Shown: piece after piece, positions 11,301 to 22,959 of the stretch
Layout: each line of letters opens with the position of its first letter
Position numbering within the stretch: the stretch's first letter is position 1
Assembly: GCA_905178155.1 (NCBI GenBank)
Contig: CAJINV010000019.1
Location: 76,237 to 140,236, forward strand
DNA from: Amoebophrya sp. A120
Taxonomy: Eukaryota > Protista > Dinoflagellata
Reading direction: 5' to 3'
DNA: 64,000 nt
Position numbers and translations under genes: made by a program
The notes under the pieces: model-generated
The model's database searches: none
What the model was told of the DNA's origin: nothing
What the model saw: the letters and a program-made list of their open reading frames with translations, nothing else

Positions 11301-14300
11301 TTCCCATCGTGTTTTGGAATTTGTGACTCTGCAAAGAGGATGAGGAGATGGCTTTGTGATGCGGCTGTCCTTGCGAAACTGGACTACAATATAGAGGGGA
11401 ACTTGTCATGCCTGACTCCCAAAACTTCCGGATTTGTGTTGCAGATTTCCCATCTTGACTATGGGGTGGGGACATTTTTCCTCACAATACTGCACCCCCT
11501 GGACCTTGTCTTGGTCCACGTTTTTCAAAAGTGTCCGGCTGTAAATCCCACCTCCCTCCACGAAGCGGGCCTCTCGCTGGATCATGACCCGTTCGTTCAG
11601 CGTTTTCTGCGATTGCACCACGGCGGCCAAGGGGGTGGTCGACTCCGTCCGCATCGCGTTTTGCAGGTCCAAAATCCGGCTCAACACCTCCGCCTTTCGC
11701 CGCAAGAGCCGGAGCTCGCCCGCGGCCCGGGCGCGCTGCTCCTCGGTCACGTATGGAGCCGTCAGGTTTGAAATCGACAAAGTTGAAATGATTTGCCATG
11801 CATAAAATGGATGCCAGTTGTAACCCAGTTTCCAACTGGCGCATGACAAATTGGGGTAGAGCCGAGATGCAGTTTGTCATGCTGTTTCGGCAAAGAAGAC
11901 TGCTCTTGTCATGCTATTTCAGCAGCTCAGTTGCTACCCCTCAACAGGCTTACAATCTGCCTCACTTGCCTACTCTGCAAGGCAGGCACTTTGTGGGCTG
12001 TATTTTTTGCATAACAAACTATTTCAACTCTGACTATTTCAATCCTGACACATCCATATCACGTAGCGTTCCAGAATGAACTCCTGGTCTGAGGTGAAGT
12101 CGAAAGGTTTGTACAGGACTGACGGCTCCACCACGGTGTTGTGCAGCGCGATATCAACTGCAAATATGTCTGGGTCTGGAAACTTGTAATGTTGCGCTGG
12201 GAATAGTGAATCAATGCTCTGTAATGCACAGCCAAGCATGAGAAATGTCTGCGCTTCTTTATTGTGTTGCGTGTTTCGCATCACAGACTGCGTTTTTGCA
12301 TGACAGGCAAAAGGGAAAAGGGTCTCTTCTTTGACACGCATCACAAACTTTTTGGTCATGCCAGACAAGCATGACAAATCTCGCAATCTTCCAGACCCAG
12401 ACATTTTTGCATTTGATATGCGACGTACCGGAGCAACTCGCTGAGGTCACTGGACCCCCGCTCGAGCAGGTGCACCTTCCGTATGGCGTTCTCAAACGTT
12501 ACATTCTCAACTGTTACATGAATTTGTGATGCAAGAGCCGCAACAGTCAAAGGTGAAAGCTTGCTGCTTTCGCATCACAGATTTGGCACGGATTTAGATG
12601 CTGTTTAGCCCTTCGGAAATGTGTCATGCCAAACAGCTTGATCATCTACCGGCTCAAGGTAGTTTTGCATGACAAATTCATGTAACAGTCGAGAATGTAA
12701 GTAACGTTTGAGAACGCCATATTCCGCTGGCACCGCTGTCGCGCTTCCGACGCGTTCAAAAATTGGTGTCTGCGGAAGGACAAGTTCGCATTCGGCGGGT
12801 TGGCCCGGGTCGTCAGCATCTCCTCGTACGAAATTTCCGCCGGCGTGAACTTGCCGCCGTGCTCCTCCTTGTGCGCCTTCGGAGGAAAATTGTGCGGATC
12901 GATGTACGTCGACGCCGGGTAGGAATGGAGTTCTTCGGAGTGGAGCAGGATCTGCAAATCCGACTCCTGCACGGTTGCGGCGGCCAGTTCCATCTCCGTC
13001 TCGACCAGGTTGTCACTGACCATCACCTGCAGGGTCAAGACCCGGCAGCGCTCCTGCACCGAGCGCCAGTAGTCGTGCACGCCGCGGGCAAACTTGAGGA
13101 CCGCGAGCCTCTCCGTCTCCGTCAAGTCCATCACGTCCTCCTTTTCCCCCGAGAACAAAATCTGGTGGAGGAAGATATCCAAGAAAAAAACTGTGTAAGT
13201 GTAAGTCTGTGATGCAGGAAGCGCTAAACTGCATACACTTGTCATGCTAGAGGTGCGTCATAGGCCACTTTCATAGGTGTTTCCACGTACTAGCTGCGCA
13301 TGACAGGTTTTCCCTGTAATGCAAAGCGAATTTGTGATGATGATCTTCCTACAAATTCACACTTACACAGTTTTTTTCCTGGATAGAAGAGCCCAACGGA
13401 CGACTCTTCTTGAATGATGCCCTCCCGCTTCAGCCCGAACGTTTTTTGCACGCTGGTCGCGAGGTAGGGGTCGAGTTTTTCGTCCACCCGCCGCAGCTCA
13501 TCCCGGAGGACCAGACGCTCGTGGTTGAAGCTTCCAAACTTCTGCTTGGCGTCCCGCAGCAATTTGTCGAGGTCTTCCCGGACCAAATCGAGGGTAAAAG
13601 CCGGCCGCTCCAGTGGCCAGTCGGGGTGGTCCCGCAAGTCTCGCAGATTGAACACCGGGGTGTAACTGGTCGACACCATCTGCATCTTCCCGGACTTCTG
13701 CCGTCCTCTGGGGAGAAAGGCAGAGGGAATGCGTGTCATCACGGAGTTGCCCGGACCCATGTCGAATGCGGCACCGGGTGATGCATCCGGTGCAAAAAGG
13801 AAACTCTGCGCTCCGCTATTTCTTGCAGATCCCGATGTGGAGGAAGAGGATTTGTTTCTACTGCCACCGTCTGCCGCCATAATTCCTCCGGACTTCACCT
13901 GCCCCCGGGAGGAGGAGGAGGAGGCGGGCATATTCATTCTCGTGCTGCTACTCTTGTTCCTGATGTTGGTAAGTGGTATATCCAGTGCGGGTTGCAGTGA
14001 CAACTCCAATTCCGCGATGGTCTTTTTCCTTCCATTCCTATCTCCCTGTCGTGGTCCCGGCACAGCACCACCTTTATTTTTCACGCTCCTACTCAAGGAC
14101 GTCGGAGCGGCAGAAGGTACAATTTCCGCTGTGAAAGGCGGGTTCTTCAAATCGTGCCATAGCTGCGTTGCCACTTCCGCGGCCGACTCTGTTTTTCGCA
14201 GTGGCGGAGAAGATGCAACTAGAGGTTCTGACGCCGGACTTGCTCCTGATGTTGCGGTAACTTCTCCGGTTGAAAATGCCGTTGACGGCCGTCCGGGGCG

Positions 14301-14477
14301 GTAAAAATTCTTACTGTTATCTTCTTGCCGGAGGTCATCGTCCTCGTCCTCGTTTTCTTCACTTTGCTGCAAGTCGATGTACCTGTCTACGACATTCGAA
14401 ATGCGGTTCGAGAGATCCTCTTTCTGCGGAAGGACTGGCACAGGGGCGGTCTCGGTCTCGCCGAAACGGAAAGCCAT
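8310..14477 (-). CDS. Hypothetical protein (924 aa; disordered N-terminus, helical C-terminal part), 14 exons separated by 13 introners
   Basis: ATG 14477 to TGA 8310-8312. Hand removal of 13 elements, each plus 5 bp, leaves 2775 nt (925 codons) with no internal stop. Confidence 0.88.
8366..8577. mobile_element. Introner family A, diverged
   Basis: tatgcattgcaaatatg...catattcgcaatggata; DR gtctg/gtccg (synonymous Thr). Confidence 0.85.
8684..8968. mobile_element. Introner family B (left end CATC)
   Basis: B-type TIRs; DR gttct/gctct (synonymous Glu). Confidence 0.88.
9039..9298. mobile_element. Introner family A
   Basis: A-type TIRs; DR agggt/agtgt (synonymous Thr). Confidence 0.88.
9492..9677. 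mobile_element. Introner family C
   Basis: tatgcattgcaaaagtat...gatacttttgcacttttgcata; DR taggc/caggc (synonymous Leu). Confidence 0.85.
9718..9973. mobile_element. Introner family A
   Basis: A-type TIRs; DR ccgac/ccgac. Confidence 0.9.
10078..10362. mobile_element. Introner family B
   Basis: B-type TIRs; DR ttctg/tcctc (two mismatches, both synonymous Arg). Confidence 0.88.
10430..10686. mobile_element. Introner family A
   Basis: A-type TIRs; DR gccat/gccat. Confidence 0.9.
10870..11153. mobile_element. Introner family B
   Basis: B-type TIRs; DR gcgca/gcgca. Confidence 0.9.
11211..11489. mobile_element. Introner family B
   Basis: B-type TIRs; DR ctgca/ctgca. Confidence 0.9.
11752..12058. 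mobile_element. Introner family F (single copy in window)
   Basis: tatggagccgtcaggtttgaaat...atttcaatcctgacacatccata; DR tcacg/tcacg; removal restores frame. Confidence 0.88.
12152..12418. mobile_element. Introner family A
   Basis: A-type TIRs; DR cgcga/tgcga (synonymous Ala). Confidence 0.9.
12482..12721. mobile_element. Introner family D
   Basis: tatggcgttctcaaacgttacattctc...gagaatgtaagtaacgtttgagaacgccata; DR ttccg/ttccg. Confidence 0.9.
13176..13385. mobile_element. Introner family E
   Basis: tatccaagaaaaaaactgtgtaagtg...cacttacacagttttttttcctggata; DR gaaga/gaaga. Confidence 0.9.
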
Positions 14478-15365
14478 TCTTTCTCCCCCCTGAGCCTACC
14501 GGGAAGATAACTGCTGTGTCACTCTGTACTTGTTCTTAAAATGGAACCCGAAACTACTGCACTGGGCAGTAACAGCATCAAGAACAGTCACAGTGTGCAG
14601 AAAGAGTGAGAGCAGCATGATAATTTTTTTGCTTTAGGAGATTTGTTGTGTTGGTATTCCTGTATCTTGCGACCATAGCAAGCTAGTACAAGAAGCTGTA
14701 ATGCGACGAGCGAACTCGAACTACCTTTCTTGCGCCTTCAGATGGGCAAGTACCAGGGTGGAAATTTGAGATTTAACCTGCTCGTCAAACTTCTTCTCAA
14801 CGCTCAAGTTTTGTCATTCTCAGCGCTCGTAAAAGCAGAGCGATCGACGACATTACCGCACTCCAAGCCAATAGTCACTCAACACCGAATGTCTCAAGTT
14901 TCGCTGCCTGAATTGATGCCTCCCCTGGTCGTGTAGAATTCGCTGCAAGTAAGCGAATGTTGAAGAGGACTTTTCACAGCCACAAGGGCGGGACTCGTCT
15001 GAGTCGACCAGACGGTGCGCTCATTGCGCTCATCGAAACGAGCCAAGGAGGCAGGACAGATTTTGGAGCTTTCTTTGTGCGTCGACCTTTCGAACAACAG
15101 CGCTACTTTTCGATAAAAGGAGCAGGCGTAAAGAATACGCAAATGTGGGGCCTTGTTGGCCTTCATTTGAAGCAACAGGTGCAGGAAGATACATAGGTTT
15201 CCGTTTGTGCTACTTGGTCCTTTTTGTTTGTCCAAAGAACTGAAATAAAATATTGATGAAGCGCAACCGAAAGTGTTTTGTAGTCAACGAACATGGTGAC
15301 GTTCGGGCCGATGGGTTGTTCGAAGAGCAAGAGATCAAAAACGCGTGGTCGTTATTTCCAATCAC

Positions 15366-18300
15366 CTAAGCTGCACACTCGTTGGCTGCACAATGATTCC
15401 TGTTGAGCACCAACAATCTGTCCCGTTCCCTCGTGACATCCAGCAGTTCCAGCTTCGTGTCTTTTAATTTCGCCTGCAGCTGCTCCACCAGTTCTGCGTA
15501 CGCGTCTAGTTCCGCTCCCGCATTCCAATTGTCGTCCTCATCGTTGAAATTCGTGTCGGAGTTGTCATCTTTTGGAACGTATGCATTTTTGCAAATTTCA
15601 ATCTGGGAGCTCTGGATCTGGAAGAACGCACGACCACATCACGTCCAAAATCTGTAATACTGCAAGATGAGCTCCACATAAAGCTGCCCACTCCTTGCTA
15701 CGGGAAGAGCGAAAAACTTACCGTTCGGGATAGACATTTTTGAAAAGCCTGCGCAAAACCTGTACATACTGTTTTTGCGTGCGTTCCAGATAATTCTGGT
15801 GCATGTCAGGTTAATGACATCTGGATCCTCTGCTTCATGCAAAACCTGCATCATCACAAGCATGTGTAATGTAAGTACTTATTTCATCCAGGCCCAGACA
15901 TGTTTGCAATGGATAGACAGGCAACGGCGACGGCCGCAGCTACTCTCGTGGTACATTTTTCCCCTGCAACTTCCTCGTCCTTGGACGAACAGTGTTGCGC
16001 CGCAGCAGCTTCCATGCTTTCGATTTTCTTCTTGAAGCCTAGCAGGACGTTCTGTAACAGGGCTTCAACAGGAGTGGCGTCGGAAGGTAAGGGCGGAAAT
16101 GAGGTTGCGGCTCCTGGGGTTGTTTTTCAATCGTCATTTCATAGGTCGTGGAAATGAATGATTAAACGACTACCTGGTATGTTGACGAGACCCAAGTACT
16201 TATATCCATAGTCGTCGAGCACGGATCATTCGTCGCTAAACATCGTGGTTGATTTGATAACTGATGAAAGCACTACAATTATGGATACCGTCGTCCATCT
16301 CAACGTCGTCCGTTCTTGCACGCGTTTCATCTTCCACACCACAGTTCTTCTTTATTTCATCGTCCGGTGTAGTTCTTGTTCTTCTCACCTCCCGCAGCAG
16401 AACTTCTCTGACTCTTTCGAGCGCTGAACTATACTCTTCGCACTTCTGATTCACCATGGAACAGTTGTTACTTTCCACCGCGCACTGCTTCCGCAGCTGA
16501 AACCCCTTTTCTTCCGCATCCGTCAGCTGCGCTTGGAGGAGGCAAACTTGTTGCTGCAAGTGTTCCACTAATTGCTGCTTCTCGGCAAGGGAAATAGTGG
16601 CTTCCTTCTGCCTCTTTTCCAAAACCGATTTAAGTTGCAAGTTGGCTTGCTGGAGCAAAGACGCCCGCTTTGTCAGGTCCTCGTTCATTTCGTCGTACTG
16701 ATCTCTTTCCAGATCCATCACTTTTTTCTGCTCCTCGATCTGCTGGGAGAAAATCTCGATCTTGTGCTGAATCTGCTCCTATGCATTGCAAATGTATCTG
16801 GGTGGTCCACCTCTGGAAGTTTGCAAAACATTTCATGCCCATTTTGCAAGGCCCATGATCGATCTGGGATGTAGTTTCCCCTAGCATCACAGCTCTTGCG
16901 AGGAATACTTTACTTCTTGATGCCTATATTGCATGAGAAATGCCTCCTCGTCAGCGTAAGAAAATCCGGACTCTTGTTGCTGCTCACGCAAGACAGATTT
17001 TTGCATCCTCCAAGGGCAGCATTACAAGTTGCACTCTTCCGGAGGACACCCAGGGTTCTTGGCAAAGGCATAGCTCCTTCTCCAACTTGCTTTGCGTTTG
17101 CTCCAGTTCCACCTTGCTGTACAGCTGTTGGATCTCGTGGTGAAGTTTTTGGTTGTCAAGGTTCAGCTTCTCGCTCTCGTTCTTGCCCTTCTGCTTTTCA
17201 TGGTGCAGTTCCCGTTCAAACTCCTCCCGAACTTTTCGTCCCTTTTCCGCTTCCGTCTCACGGCACCACTCGAACTGTTTCTGCTGTTCCTGCAGTTTCT
17301 TCTCGAGACCTTCTATCAAATCCGCTTGCTTGCCCTTTTCTTCGGTCAGCAGTCTGATTCTCTTTTCCAGTTGCGGGAACGCGCCCTCCGTGGTCGCCCG
17401 AAGCTCCAGCAAAGCCGCGGTCTGCTTTCCAAACTCGGCGTTTTTGGTCGCGACGAGGGTCTCGTAGCGCTGCAGCTCGGCAGCGTGTTTCGCTGACAGA
17501 GACGCGAGTTGCTCGTCGTGGCGCTGTTGGAGAGTTTGTTGCAATGTGTTCTCCTGGTGCTTCAGCCGTTCCGTGATCTCGAGCTCGTACTGCAGCTTCA
17601 ACTCGCAAAGCGCTTTTTCATGGAGCTGCTTCATCTGCCGCTCCACAAGCTCGTGTTCTTCTTCCCGCTTTTGCTGGACGAGAGATGCTTGCTCGTGTTC
17701 CATTTTGCTTTTCCATGCAGCAGCTGCGTCGTGGTCGGGATCTTGTTCCGGCACAGCAGCTGCTAAGATATTCACGTCTAGGCTCGTCGGGCTGCAGGAG
17801 AGGTTCTTTACCCTCCGTTTCTTCTTGTGTTCATCGTCTTCTTCAATGGGGTAGTTGCTAGTACTCGGCAACATTGGACTTGCGAGCGAAATCTGCTCCA
17901 GCTGTTTTTCGTTTTCTTGCTTCAGCTGCCTAAACTTCTCCTCGTGCTGGGCTTTTTCCCTTTGTCTTGCTTCCAGGTCAAATTCCTTTTCCTTGTCCCG
18001 CTTTGCCAACTCCAGCGTGAGTCGCGTGAGTTTCGTCTGCAGCTTCGCGAGTTCTTCGTCCTTTTTGCTCGCGATGCTCTTCACCTTACTCGCGGCGATC
18101 ATGCCAAAGCGAAAGAAATCCGAGTGCGTTTGCAATTCGTGAAAGGCCTTGTCCGTGTGATACTTCAGCTTGTTTTCGACCAGAGCAGATATGCATCCCA
18201 AATACAGTATGTTTAGATCCAGGGTCGTCCACTTGTGTTGGTGTGATGCAGACAGCGTCACCTCAAAGTCAAAACGCAGTGTAATGCTGTTCATGCACGG

Positions 18301-19777
18301 TCAAGGTCAAGCTACAGCAGGACGAGAATTTTCTGCCCGGCTAGAAGGCGCATGCGTAAGTATAGCCTGACTGGATGAACTTGAGTGACACTTCGCGTTC
18401 TTGCATGACAAGCAAACTTAAACTGCTGCTAGCACCTGCGCATCAGAAAGGTTTCAATTTTCCAATCACACACGTATTTTTGCACTGGTTAGCGGCAAAC
18501 TTTGACAGCGAGGCTTCGAGTTTCAGCCGCCGTTGCTGTTCCTTTACGCGCCGGAGCTCGGAGACCTGTAGTAGTTACCTTTTGAGTTCGATTCGCACCC
18601 ACGTAAGTACTATCCTTGTCATGCAGTAATAAACCTGGAGTAGCACTACAACAGCGGTCTTCACGACCGATGGAGGATTGCATGCAGTTTGATGTGGTCT
18701 TCGTCTTCCTGCATCAGAAGCACGTCAATGAGGCGTAATCAAGAACTTCTTTCAAAGAAATACCTTCTTCGCCAGCAACACAAAGCTCGCCCAGGAGCGA
18801 AAACTCAAATGCAGGAAGTGCCTCCTGGACCGGGCCAGCACCGTGTTTAAGGTGTCGCGCTTCCTTGCCAGATTGATCTCCAGCAGCTGAATCCTGCTTT
18901 CGCTGTCTGTTGATTGTCTGGCTAGGTGGTTGCTGTTCCTCAGAACGGAGGCTGCAAAAGAAAAATCCTGCATGGACGCTGACATGTTGTTCACTGTCGT
19001 TGCGGTGGTGCTGCAGGTGCTGTGAGATAGCAAAGGGTTATTTGCGATGTTTTTCACGAACTGAGCAGCACGGGTATTTCGACCTCCAGCATCATCTACA
19101 TTTATTTCCTCATATCGGCCGGGAAATATAGTATCAGAACTGGGAAGACCAGTTGATGTCCACGACCTGGTCGCTGTTGTTGTTGCGTAATGATTTCTAG
19201 CAGAATGCGTCCGCCTGCTGCCCCGACTTCCAGCACCTAGATGCGCGATGCGGCCTATGTCGGAGAGCATACTCGTGTGGACGACCCCGAGTGGCTTCTT
19301 GTGGCAGGCCTTGGACTTCATGCTACTTGACGACGACGACGCAGCGTCTCTTGAGGTTCTTCGTCTTGGGGACGAGAAATTATCATCGTCCGAAGCGCTC
19401 GATTGCTTGATATTCATCCCTATTGCGTGTTCAGCTCCCCGCTCCGGCGACGAAGGTTCTTGCCAGCTTTCCGTGAAGTTGTAATCTTCTACGTCGTCCT
19501 CGTGTTCGCCCGGCGACTGCTCGAGAAGCGTCTTCATTTTCTTCGACGGGTGATTACTAGACTCGGCCCGCGACGATGAAGGCGAGCTGGGACTAGATGA
19601 AGACATCAATAGTGGCGAGATGTGGTCTTCTGAAGGCCCCCTTGCAAAACTACATCTGGTCTCAGGGGCTGCAATGGCGTCGTCGGCCAATGAAGATCTT
19701 GTCGTGGTGCAGGATCTACTCCCCGCGGCGGGGGACGCACATCGTCCGCTAGAAGAGGTTCGTTGCGCTGCTGCCAT
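15366..19777 (-). CDS. Long coiled-coil protein (~1030 aa), S-rich N-terminus; 3 introners and 2 GT-AG introns
   Basis: ORFs 18752-19786, 16984-18294 and 16236-16721 join in frame after removing 18566-18763, element 18190+5, element 16780+5, 16114-16288 and element 15580+5 (3093 nt); E/Q/K heptad-rich. Confidence 0.75.
15580..15915. mobile_element. Introner family A, strongly decayed
   Basis: tatgcatttttgcaaat...cccagacatgtttgcaatggata; DR gaacg/gacag; frame restored. Confidence 0.7.
16114..16288 (-). other. Canonical GT-AG intron (predicted)
   Basis: g|gtatcc...ccccag|ga; in frame. Confidence 0.5.
16780..17072. mobile_element. Introner family A, diverged
   Basis: tatgcattgcaaatgtatctggg...ggcaaaggcata; DR gctcc/gctcc; KLEKE|QIQHK in frame. 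Confidence 0.85.
18190..18491. mobile_element. Introner, strongly decayed (family unclear)
   Basis: tatgcatcccaaatac...gtatttttgcactggtta; internal gcatgacaa; DR gcaga/gcggc; frame restored. Confidence 0.6.
18566..18763 (-). other. Canonical GT-AG intron (predicted)
   Basis: aag|gtattt...ctacag|gtc; phase 0, in frame. Confidence 0.6.
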
Positions 19778-20435
19778 CGGTTTCACATTCGAAGCCGTAA
19801 CGGTCTTTAGATGAGTTCAGAAATCTGATCGAAATCTTCAAACTAGAGCATAGAATTTGGTGAGTTTAGTACTAAGTAGCTCCAGCATATGAAAAAAGCT
19901 GAAATCTGCTCATCCCGGCATCAGTAGAATGCCTTTTTTTGGTTGTGGCTTGAAGGCTAAGCCGAGTTTTAGCAACTCAAATCCTTTGACTTGGTCTGGT
20001 GAAGCAGACGGAGCGCTACTGTGCGCAATGCGACCAAATCTTCGTAGTTTGTCGCTCGACTTGTTTTCTTGCATGTGGGGTGACTTTTGACATACTGGGA
20101 ATTTCTCGCAGCTTCAACGAACCGCTTAGTCTCCGGTTCTTTGAGGAACAAAGAATTAAGGCGATTTGAGAGAGAAGACGCTGAGACGATTTTCAATCTT
20201 TCTCGCGCACGAGACAGGAGAAGTCTCTTGGGAAACGGGACGACCACGCGAGGCCACTGTTTCATTTAGCGTAATACCACACGAGGATGCTGCACGATAC
20301 GGAAAGAACACAAACCAAACATCGCCATTTTAACGTTGTAGTTTCCGCACCGTCTGGCGGTTTCCTTTCGTTTGTTTCAGCTCTTGTGTAGTCTTTGGTA
20401 CTTGTTGTATCGGTTTGCGACCACTACTCTACTGC

Positions 20436-22295
20436 TTATGACAACGCGTCTAGATCTTCAACAGCTGCAGGTTTTACGCTTGCACTTTCAACATCATTAT
20501 TTTGGGCTTCTTGTTCACCAGCAAGCGGACCTCCACCTTCGGTTTTCTGCAAAATCTCCCCCCACACCGGATCTCCATTTTCGTCCAGCTCGCCCGCCTC
20601 CTTTTTCTTTTCGTATTCCTCGAACGCTTTTTGGAACCATTCTGGGGGCCCCTTCTCCTGGATCTCGTCCCAGTATTTGTCTGTGGGCGCGCCCATCTCG
20701 GCCTGCATCTTCTCCGCGTCGAGACCTGGGGTAGTGTTGTGCTATGCTGTTTATGCATCGGAAAGTATCGTGATCGTCCGTTCGTAGTATAAATCTCATG
20801 ACAAGAAATTTTCTCAAGAACAAGAAAAGTACAGGTTGTCATGCAGATTCAGGTAAGAAACACAACAAGCTATATAGAAGATCATTTCAGAAAAAAAGAA
20901 CTGTAGCACTCGTAAGAAGAAAGCTGCAGTAAAGAGTACCTCCTTGCTCAATGTACTCCAGTGCTTCTTTCCTGGACTTCTTCAGCCTCTTCATGATATC
21001 AACAATGACTTTCTCTTTTTCCTCCCGCCGACGCCGCTTTTGCTCCTTCGTCAGTTCGTGTTTGTCCAGCAACAGCTCGTCCTCAAATTGCTGTATCAAA
21101 TGCAAACATGTCATCTCGATCTGAATTCTGAAAACAGAAACCTGTGACGCTGGTTTGAGAAAAATACGAGGACACCGCAATTGACTGCCAAGAATGACAA
21201 GTTGTGGAGATGCTGGGCACAGGCGTTCCGTTGTCTATGGTGCATAGCATGACAAACTGGGCTTCTGCTTGACAGTGCCTTTGGCTCATGCGCATGACAG
21301 ACTTGTTGAGAGTTATGGTAGCCGAGCATAACAAACCTTGCATCTTTTTGAATTTGAACTCATCGATCCGACATATTCACATTTCATATGTTGTCTCGCT
21401 TTACTATTTCCAGTGGACGAGGAGGATGCTGAGTTCTTTGCAATTCCACTATCCCCGGCACTATCGGTACTGGGCAGTTCGGCTGCAACCTGGTCGCTGG
21501 TCGCCACCTGCAGCTTCTCCAGATCCTCCACTGTGTAGTACTTCTTTTCCTTGATGGAGTTCGTCTTCTCATCGAGCCCATGCATTGCAAAAGAATATGA
21601 TCCGCACCAATGCATCACGACCCGCATGAAGACCGTCGCACCAGATCATTTTGGTACGACAGAAAATACAACTGCGACTTCAACTCGTCATACTAGGTGA
21701 AGATAAACAAGAAGACAGGACGAAAATAACGATACTAGCAGTGCTAGTGCTGCAATTTGTAAGAATCTAATCAAGTGGTAGCGGAAGCGAATAAGCTTTT
21801 TGCACTGCATAAAGCCAGACGGTGTTCCCCTTCGCCCAGGCGGAGACGATTTGTCGCTGGTGCGCCGGGGTCAGGGATTTCTCTTTGACCAATTTTTTGA
21901 TCGCTGCCGAGGCATCCTTCAGATTCTCCTTGTCGAGCGCCAGGACGGTGGCTTCGTGCAGTTCCGCGTTGGTTGCTCCCACCACGGTATCAAATGTAAA
22001 AGTGTCTGGGTCTGGAAGATTCTGAGACTTGTCATGCATGTTTTGCATTGGCCATGATGCATGTCTGTGATGCATGCCCTAGCATCACAGATTTTTTGAG
22101 GGCTTCGTGATGCCTATTCCGCATGACAAATGCCCTCTCCGCGTAGCAAAAATTGCATTCCCTTTGCTGCTCATGCAATACAGATTTTTCTGGAATCCAA
22201 ATTCAGCATCGCCAGTTGCATTCTTCCAGACCCAGACACTTTTACACTTGATACACGGCGGAGGTAGAAGGGGACGCCGTGGTGGTCATCGCCAT
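20436..22295 (-). CDS. Hypothetical protein (278 aa, charged/helical); 3 introners and 1 GT-AG intron
   Basis: MAMTTTASPSTSAV|VGATNAEL...TVWL|DEKTN...ARQ|QFEDELL...EQG|GLDAEKMQAEMGAP; 837 nt after removal. Confidence 0.8.
20726..20939 (-). other. Canonical GT-AG intron containing a decayed family C introner relic
   Basis: g|gtactc...ccccag|gt in frame; internal tatgcatcggaaagtatcgtgatcg, catgacaag and ttgtcatgc. Confidence 0.65.
21094..21388. mobile_element. Introner family A, diverged
   Basis: tatcaaatgcaaacatgtc...gacatattcacatttcata; DR tgctg/tgttg (synonymous Gln). Confidence 0.82.
21579..21811. mobile_element. Introner family C, decayed (left end CATG)
   Basis: catgcattgcaaaag...ctttttgcactgcata; DR gagcc/aagcc (synonymous Leu). 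Confidence 0.78.
21988..22253. mobile_element. Introner family A
   Basis: A-type TIRs; DR cacgg/cacgg. Confidence 0.9.
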
Positions 22296-22959
22296 GGCTT
22301 GGACTGATGTAGTTCCGGCGCTCAAGTTGTACCAGTCCCGTTGCTGATACTTTTTGAAGATGCGCTTCACGACACAAGTGAACAAGGTGTTCAAAATGCG
22401 TGCGGTAGAAGCATGTAGTTCTTCTCTCTTAGTCTAGCGTCTACCACGTCACGGACAGCGGTATAGACCTCGATAAAGATTTTGCACAAGAAAAATACTA
22501 ACCCGCTATCTACATCCGCTTGCTGACTTCTTTTAATTTTACAGGAAAACAACCAAATCCCTCTTTGTCTTGGTTCTCCTTGTTCTCTCGGGGAGCTAGT
22601 AGCCCACGTAGTTGTAGTTCGTGAACTAATCCCCTAAACCCTAAGCCTGTCTCTCGTTCACGTTCACTCGTTGGTTTGGCTCCGCTTTCACTCCTGACGC
22701 CCTCCGTGAATATTCCGCTTGTGACGCCACACGTCTGCCGAATGAAAAAGATGCTTTTCCTTGGCCACTGCGGCATCGATCTGGGAAAATCAGGCGGAAG
22801 CCTACTGGCAAGCACAAAATGCGCAAAGGCCAGGGAAGAGAATGACCGTGGAGGTCGTTCTCAGTGCGCTGCTGGGTTTTTTCGGAGATGGCTGGCACCT
22901 CGCAGACCATTCAGGAATGCACCTTACAGGCCATTCAGGAATAAACATAGCACCACAGA

